From Octopus bimaculoides (taxonomy: Eukaryota), in assembly GCF_001194135.2 (NCBI RefSeq), contig NC_068996.1, positions 37,529,208 to 37,574,649 of the forward strand: a stretch of DNA of 45,442 nucleotides, read 5' to 3'. The position numbers and the translations under genes were made by a program. Below the pieces are notes generated by a model. The model had not been told where the DNA came from, ran no database searches, and worked only from the letters and a program-made list of their open reading frames with translations. Shown here piece after piece: positions 38,592 through 45,442 of this stretch. Every line of letters starts with the position of its first letter. The first letter of the stretch is position 1.

Positions 38592-39760
38592 GGCAAGCTA
38601 GAGAGTTGCACCAGGTTCCAGTCTGATTTGGCCTGGTTTCTACAGCTGGATGCCCTTCCTAATGCCAACCACTTTATAGTGTGTGCTGAGTGCTAGAGGT
38701 GGCAAGCTAGAGAGTTGCACCAGGTTCCAGTCTGACTTGGCCTGGTTTCTACAGCTGGATGCCCTTCCTAATGCCAACCACTTTATANNNNNNNNNNNNN
38801 NNNNNNNNNNNNNNNNNNNNNNNNNNNNNNNNNNNNNNNNNNNNNNNNNNNNNNNNNNNNNNNNNNNNNNNNNNNNNNNNNNNNNNNNNNNNNNNNNNNN
38901 NNNNNNNNNNNNNNNNNNNNNNNNNNNNNNNNNNNNNNNNNNNNNNNNNNNNNNNNNNNNNNNNNNNNNNNNNNNNNNNNNNNNNNNNNNNNNNNNNNNN
39001 NNNNNNNNNNNNNNNNNNNNNNNNNNNNNNNNNNNNNNNNNNNNNNNNNNNNNNNNNNNNNNNNNNNNNNNNNNNNNNNNNNNNNNNNNNNNNNNNNNNN
39101 NNNNNNNNNNNNNNNNNNNNNNNNNNNNNNNNNNNNNNNNNNNNNNNNNNNNNNNNNNNNNNNNNNNNNNNNNNNNNNNNNNNNNNNNNNNNNNNNNNNN
39201 NNNNNNNNNNNNNNNNNNNNNNNNNNNNNNNNNNNNNNNNNNNNNNNNNNNNNNNNNNNNNNNNNNNNNNNNNNNNNNNNNNNNNNNNNNNNNNNNNNNN
39301 NNNNNNNNNNNNNNNNNNNNNNNNNNNNNNNNNNNNNNNNNNNNNNNNNNNNNNNNNNNNNNNNNNNNNNNNNNNNNNNNNNNNNNNNNNNNNNNNNNNN
39401 NNNNNNNNNNNNNNNNNNNNNNNNNNNNNNNNNNNNNNNNNNNNNNNNNNNNNNNNNNNNNNNNNNNNNNNNNNNNNNNNNNNNNNNNNNNNNNNNNNNN
39501 NNNNNNNNNNNNNNNNNNNNNNNNNNNNNNNNNNNNNNNNNNNNNNNNNNNNNNNNNNNNNNNNNNNNNNNNNNNNNNNNNNNNNNNNNNNNNNNNNNNN
39601 NNNNNNNNNNNNNNNNNNNNNNNNNNNNNNNNNNNNNNNNNNNNNNNNNNNNNNNNNNNNNNNNNNNNNNNNNNNNNNNNNNNNNNNNNNNNNNNNNNTT
39701 CCAGTCTGATTTGGCTTGGTTTCTACAGCTGGATACCCTTCCTAGTGCCAACCATTCTAT
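38592..39760. repeat. 109-bp tandem array derived from repeat family C, spanning gap 38788-39698
   Basis: ggcaagctagagagttgcaccaggttccag at 38592 and 38701 (period 109); the same unit resumes right after the gap. Confidence 0.75.
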
Positions 39761-39896
39761 TGTGTGTGCCGGGTGTTTTTAATGTGACATCATATGGCAC
39801 TGGCACAAGTGTTTTTTACTTGGCACCTGCTCTGGACTTTTGCAGACCAATGCTCTTTACGAGGGAGAGCAGCTTTAACATTCTTGTCGAAACACA

Positions 39897-39929
39897 AAAA
39901 AGAAAGAAAGAAAGAAGGAAGGAAAGAAA

Positions 39930-39971
<42 letters not shown>

Positions 39972-40022
39972 AACAAACAAACAAACAAACAAACAAAGAA
40001 AGGAAGAAACGAAGAAAGAAAG
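39897..40022. repeat. (AAAG)n/(AAAC)n microsatellite
   Basis: Direct inspection. Confidence 0.93.
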
Positions 40023-40035
40023 CATTTATTATTAC

Positions 40036-40167
40036 CAGTCTTCTTGATTTAACTTTTGTTGCAGTTCATCAATTCCAGCTGGTGGTAGTGAGACAGAGTT
40101 TTCTGGGGCTTGAGTGAGATCTGAAGAACTTCTGAGAGCTTGATTGTTTTCATTGTCTAAAATGTGC
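40036..40167 (-). CDS. TOGARAM1: TOGARAM1 exon entering TOG3
   Basis: tgtttgcag|G CAC ... GAA GAC TG|gtaata; 132 nt, HILDNENNQALRSSSDLTQAPENSVSLPPAGIDELQQKLNQED(W); ends in the EDW motif of TOG3 HEAT repeat A. Confidence 0.9.
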
Positions 40168-40960
40168 CTGCAAACATAAACCGCCATTGCATTTATTTCA
40201 GCATTTATTTATATCAGTATTTCAGTATTTGGTAAACATAATAACTTGTTAGAGTTGACTACTTTTATACACAACTGCCAACTATTTGTTATTTAACTAA
40301 CCACAACTATCTTTCATTAAGTTATGAACTGTAAGTCTGACATAAAAAAAGCCTTTTTGTCTTTGGGTAGCCTATTTTTTTTCTCCTTTCCCTATATTGC
40401 TTCATTTTACTAAACTATTTGGAAAGCTAGCAGATTATCTTGAAATGCTACATGTAAAATATTCTAGCTTCCTTTTCACAAGAAATGAACATATTATTTG
40501 GTTCACACCTTGAGATTGAACCTGTGCACCAGCTAACACAAGCTTCTAAGAGATTAGGAGAGGTTTCACAGTTTATAACCAATTGAAATGGATACTGAAT
40601 TCTGACAGTGTTATTCTGTCTTTAATTCATATATACCCCTGGTTGCATTTTCACAGCACAAAACCTGCTCCTACTTGTTTGGACATGATCTCGCCAGGAA
40701 GCATCTGACTGAGCATACGAAATGTTCATTAGGTAGTCGACACCTGTAGCTAACAGTTTTGCACACTGTCCTTCTTTTCCACATTGTGAAAGTATACTAT
40801 AATGTTTAATCTAAAAACAGTGAAGGTTTTTATGGGCATATACGGGTTAAATAGGTATTTTAAGCTTTTTTTTAACATTGAAATACACTGTATTTGTTTC
40901 AATTAATTTTGAAAATAGAGAAGAATTGATGAAAATAACATTGCAATTGTTAAGCTTATA

Positions 40961-41122
40961 GGCACAAGAGTGACTGAGTGGTAAGGAGCTTGCTTCCCAA
41001 TCATATGGTTCTGAGTTCAGACTCACTGCTTGGCACCTGGGCCAAGTGTCTTCTACTATAGCTTCAGACCGACAAAAGCCTTGTGAGTGAATTTGGTAGA
41101 TTGAAACTAAAAGAAGCCTGTC

Positions 41123-41154
<32 letters not shown>

Positions 41155-41365
41155 ATTTGTGTGTCTGTGTCTGTCCCCCTATCATCACTCGACAACCAAT
41201 GTCAGTGTGTTTAGGTCTCTGTGACTTAGCGATTTGGCAAAAGAGCCCGATAGAATAAGCACTAGGCTTACAAAGAATAAGTCCAGGAGGTTGATTTGTT
41301 CAACTAAAGGTGGTGCTCCAGCATGGTTGCAGTCAAAATGACTGAAACAAGGAAAAAAGTAAAAG
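40961..41365 (+). mobile_element. SINE family A inserted in a TTAA MITE
   Basis: Full head-to-tail homology to 12721-13253; both flanks match MITE family 2 in reverse. Confidence 0.85.
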
Positions 41366-41545
41366 CGTACAAGAATGTAGTGTTTGGACCATAAGTTAAC
41401 ATGAAATTTTAACAAGGCTTTAATTTAGATCACTTTAAAACATAAAGCTTTTATCATAGAGCTATTTATGGTCTCAGGTGGGTTTGTAAATTTTTATTTT
41501 TGGCCATAATAGCACAGTTTTCAAGTATTGCATTTAATTACTTAC

Positions 41546-41630
41546 GTCTTTGGTTTTATCTTCGGAGTTAAGCTTGGTGTTGGCTTACAAGTTTTCTCTA
41601 AATTAAGAGGATTTGAATTCACAGGAAGAA
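41546..41630 (-). CDS. TOGARAM1: TOGARAM1 internal exon (linker)
   Basis: atttctag|TT CTT CCT ... AAG AC|gtaagt; 85 nt, (V)LPVNSNPLNLEKTCKPTPSLTPKIKPK(T); phases 1 and 2 fit both neighbours. Confidence 0.8.
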
Positions 41631-42042
41631 CTAGAAATGATTGAATAATAAATAGATAAATAAATAAATGAATGAATATGATATATCTCTAGTGAATAGA
41701 CTATTTGTATTAAAAAATTTTGAAGAGAAACCTTTAAGTGGTTTTAGACTGAATGTGTGTGTGTGCGTATGTAAGTGTATGTGTGTATGCATGTGTGTCT
41801 GTATGTGTGTCTGTATGTGTGTCTGTATGCTTGCATGTGTGTATGCATGTGTGTGTGTGTAAGTGTATGTGTGTATGCATGTGTATGTATGTATGTGCAT
41901 GTTTGTATGCATGTGTGTGTAGTGTGCGTATGCATGAGTATTTTGTAAATGTAGTGATAAGTTTTCACTGTATATATTTGGCTATAGAAAATAGCCTAAT
42001 ACTGGAGGATATAAATCCATGACAGAAAAATGGGTAATTAGT

Positions 42043-42348
42043 ACACAGGAGTGGCTGTGTGGTAAGTAGCTTGTTTACGAACTGCATTGTTCCTGGTTCA
42101 GTCTCACTGCGTGACACCTTGGGCAAGTGTCTTCTACTATAACCTCGGTCCGACCAAAACCTTGTGAGTGGATTTCGTAGACAGAAACTGAAAGAAGCCC
42201 ATCGTATATATGTATATATACATGTATGTGTGTGTGTGTGTGTGTGTATGTTTGTGTGTCTGTGTTTGTCCCCACTAACATCGCTTGACAACCGATGCTG
42301 GTGTGTTTACATCCCCGTAACTTAGCGGTTCATCAAAAGATACCGATT
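42043..42348 (+). mobile_element. SINE family A, 3' truncated
   Basis: caggagtggctgtgtggtaagtagc...; homology stops at gataccga. Confidence 0.85.
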
Positions 42349-42426
42349 AAATATCTATATATTTAATTTCACACATGTGCATTTTCTGTTTTTGATTTTT
42401 TTGACTACACAGTATAGTAGGGTCAG

Positions 42427-43216
42427 TTGGGCTCTGTCTGTGAGAAAAACAGTACCATGAGGCAATTCACTCTGCCAGGAATTTGGAAACAACATGCTGC
42501 ACTTCTTGGTATTCACGCTGGGAACTCCAATACAAACATTTCAGAGTGTTTAGATGTCAATCTGGGCACAGTGCAATCCGTGGACATACCGAGAGTGATA
42601 AAAACCAAGCTTCCAGTCAACATCATGGTGTTTGGAGTGATCACTAGTGATGGTAACGTTATGCCTTCATTCAGTTTCTCACACAGCCTCAGACTCAACA
42701 GAAAGGCCTACATCAAGTGCCTGGAGGAGGTAATGCTGCTCTGGATGAAGAGGGTGGCTGCTAGAAGACCCTATGTCTGGCAACAGGACTCTGCACCATG
42801 CCAAACAAGTAGGAGAACCCAGTCATGGCTGTCAGACAATTTCTGCGACCACATCACTCCTAACATCTGGCCACCTAACACTCCAGACTGCAATCCTCCC
42901 TTGATTATTAGGTGTGGGGCCGAGTTGAGCAAGAGATCAACAAAACTCCTTATAACACCAAAGATGAACTGAAGGCAAGGATTATGGCAGTATTCATCCA
43001 CTTCAACAAGAAGACCGTCCAAAAGAGTTGCAGGAGATTTTGAAGTTGTCTGGAGGCCAGGCTTAAAGGCAATGGCAATTTTATTAAATAAATTTACTCT
43101 TTAGTATTTCAAAATATTTTTATGTAATTTTGGTAAATACATCTTTTAAAATGAAATGACAGCGTTATTTTCATTTTAGCCTAATTTAGATGACAGTTTA
43201 TTCACCACACCCTATA
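42427..43216 (+). mobile_element. Internally deleted, decayed Tc1/mariner element of DD37D (maT-like) type
   Basis: Translation PVNIMVFGVITSDG...YIKCLEEV...RPYVWQQDSAPCQTSRRTQSWLSDNF...WPPNTPDCNP, continuing after a frameshift as LDY*VWGAVE..INKTPYNTKDELKARI; 37 residues between the 2nd and 3rd Asp. Putative right end ...ttcaccacaccc followed by TA. Confidence 0.88.
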
Positions 43217-43220
43217 TGCA

Positions 43221-43254
<34 letters not shown>

Positions 43255-43869
43255 GTTTCATATGTATACATATTTATATATGCAATATATATATATATAC
43301 ATATAATATATTTACACACATACACACACACACACTTATTCGTTTTCGCTTGTTCAGAGGACAAAAATCACAAACTAAAGAAAGAACATGATGCTGACTA
43401 ATGGATGAATGATTTAAATAATCAAACATTGTAAATTTGCACTTGTCTGTCTTCTTTAGGAAGGTATCAGGCAATGGTGAAACACTATTTATAATTCTTA
43501 TGTGCACCTCTCAATGTCTACATAGAAGTAAAAACACAGGCAAAAGCACCTGTGTGAGCTGGTGTTAGAATCTTATTAATTAAATTTGGTCAGTTTGTCA
43601 TTTAAATATTTATGTTGAGACTGTTATTCTTGCAGTGTTAAATATTTTCAGTTTGTATCATCATCATCATCATCACCGCTGCCACCACCGCTGCCACCGC
43701 CGCAACCACTACCACCACCACCACCACCACTACCACCATCTTTTATTATCCGTTTTCCATGCTAGCATGCGTTGGACAGTTTGACTGGTAAGCTGGGGAG
43801 CCACACCAGATTCCAATCTGACTTGGCATGGTTTCTATGGCAGGATGCCCTTCCTAACATCAATCACTC

Positions 43870-44360
43870 CAAGAGTGTAATGGGTGCTTTTTTTATGTGC
43901 TACTGGCATGGGTGCCAGTTACGCAACACCAGCACCAGCCACAACTACGATCTCACTTGGCTTGACAGGTCTTCTTAAGCATGGTATATCACCAAAGGTC
44001 TCATGCACTTGTCACTGTCTCTGTGAGGCCCAACACTTGAACAGTGCTTTTTACATGTCATCTGCATGTGTACCAGGTATGAGACACTGGCATCGGCTAT
44101 GACTACAATTTTACTTGGCTTGACAGGTCTTCTCAAGCATGGTATATTACCCAATGTCTGAAGAGTGCCTTTTATATGCCACTGACATGGGTGCCAGTGA
44201 CATGACACTGGCATCGGCCATGACTACGATTTCATTTGGCTTGATGGGTTTTCTCAAACATGGCATATTGCTCAACGTTTGTGGGTGCTTTTTACATGCC
44301 AGTTACACAACACTGGCATCAGCCATAACTATGATTCCACTTGGCTTCACAGGTCTTTGA
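43870..44360. repeat. Four degenerate tandem subunits inside a family C copy
   Basis: cactggcatcggccatgactacgatttcacttggcttgacaggtcttctcaagcatgg-like unit at ~43905, 44075, 44185 and 44295. Confidence 0.75.
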
Positions 44361-44460
44361 ATATAATGTAATTATGTTTTCATTCCTGTGTACAAGTATT
44401 TAAAGTTAAACATTTGGTATAAAATATTTATGCTTAGACTGTAAAACAGATTTTTCATAC

Positions 44461-44572
44461 CTTCTAGTTGAATTTTGTTATAGGATTCAGTTTGCTTTGT
44501 TTTATCTCCTTTACGTTTCTTCATTGTTACTCTTTCTTTCACAGGTTTTGTTGTAGAAATTTGAGTAAAATC
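44461..44572 (-). CDS. TOGARAM1: TOGARAM1/crescerin internal exon (linker; most 5' exon in window)
   Basis: Long pyrimidine tract ...ttttaccag|GAT TTT ... CTA GAA G|gtatga; 112 nt open frame DFTQISTTKPVKERVTMKKRKGDKTKQTESYNKIQLE; phase 1 end matches next exon. Assigned by splice signals and phase, not by homology. Confidence 0.75.
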
Positions 44573-44899
44573 CTGGTAAAATAAAAAAAGAAAAAGAAAA
44601 GAAAAGAAAGAAATCCAAACTGAAAAAATACTACTGAAACATTATCATTTTTATATCATCATCATCATCATCATCAACATCATTGTCCTTATATCCTCTT
44701 TTCTAGTTGCCAATCCTCAACTATGTCCAATTATGGTAATATTTCCTCTCTGAGCAGACGTGTTTTCATGGAAGATTGTAAATGAAGGACACTGCTTCCG
44801 TAACGGTAACACTCATTTTTGATTACTATTACACAAAATTCAATGTAAGGAGACAGTAACACACACACATGCATGCACACACTCGCATACACACGCACA

Positions 44900-45397
44900 C
44901 ACACACACACACATACACACACACACAGAGGACAAACTTCTTTTAGTTTTTGTCTATCTAATCCATTCACAAGGCTTTTTTGTCAACTCAGAGCTACTGT
45001 ACAAGACACCTTCCCAAGGTGCATGCCATGGGACTGAACCTGAAACCATGTGGTTGGCAAGCAGGCCTCTTAACACCTAAACAACACCTGTGCCTTGATA
45101 TCAATGAATTATCAAGTACAAACAACTCTAATGCTATGGCTACCTCTGGTTATGGGATCTTGTGCTTATACCTTTACTTTACTTTGTACTTTTTTACTTG
45201 TTTTCAGTCATTTGACTGCAGCTTTGCTGGAGCACCACCTTTATAATCGAGCAAATTGACCCCAGAGCTTATTCTTTGTAAGCCTAATACTTATTCTATA
45301 GGTCTCGTCTGCCGAACCACTAAGTTATGGGGATGTAAACACACCAGCATTGGTTGTCAAGCGATGCTGGGGGATGGGGGGACAGGCACAAACATAT

Positions 45398-45442
<45 letters not shown>
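44900..45442 (-). mobile_element. Two SINE family A pieces (44900-45085 and 45185-45442)
   Basis: Reverse-complement homology to the head and tail halves of family A. Confidence 0.8.

Noticed and set aside
38592-39760. CRISPR-like or other regularly spaced array
   Set aside because: Units are contiguous without unique spacers and derive from a eukaryotic retroposon.
38683-40047. Longest ORFs in the track (454, 322 and 316 aa; also 265 and 270 aa at 22744-23587)
   Set aside because: Artefacts of N-runs translated as X.
40480-40790. Moderately GC-rich, coding-looking intronic patch
   Set aside because: Stops in the frames examined, no motif recognised, and not needed for exon phase continuity.
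43274-43507. 77-aa minus-strand ORF as an extra TOGARAM1 exon
   Set aside because: Weak splice sites; exons 44461 and 41630 already join in phase.

Overview
AT-rich, microsatellite-dense eukaryotic DNA from a draft assembly with 5 N-gaps. The SINE and microsatellite content looks like an octopus (coleoid cephalopod) genome; that assignment is from recall, not a search. The window holds the 3' part of a minus-strand TOGARAM1 (crescerin/FAM179B) ortholog. I reconstructed 12 coding exons by hand (44572 down to the stop at 9134), all with GT-AG boundaries and compatible phases, encoding a linker plus TOG3 and TOG4. One expected ~87-nt exon (VKNLRS motif) is absent and most likely lies in the N-gap at 27389-27587. 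The introns are filled with several SINE-like families, decayed RTE and CR1/Jockey-group LINE pieces, an internally deleted DD37D Tc1/mariner, a non-autonomous Helitron, and hAT, Tigger-like and piggyBac-like MITEs, several of them nested. I found no convincing new biological system. The best leads are a SINE-derived 109-bp tandem array spanning a gap, inverted SINE pairs beside exons (possible ADAR substrates), a small membrane-protein-like ORF downstream of the gene, and two foldback elements.
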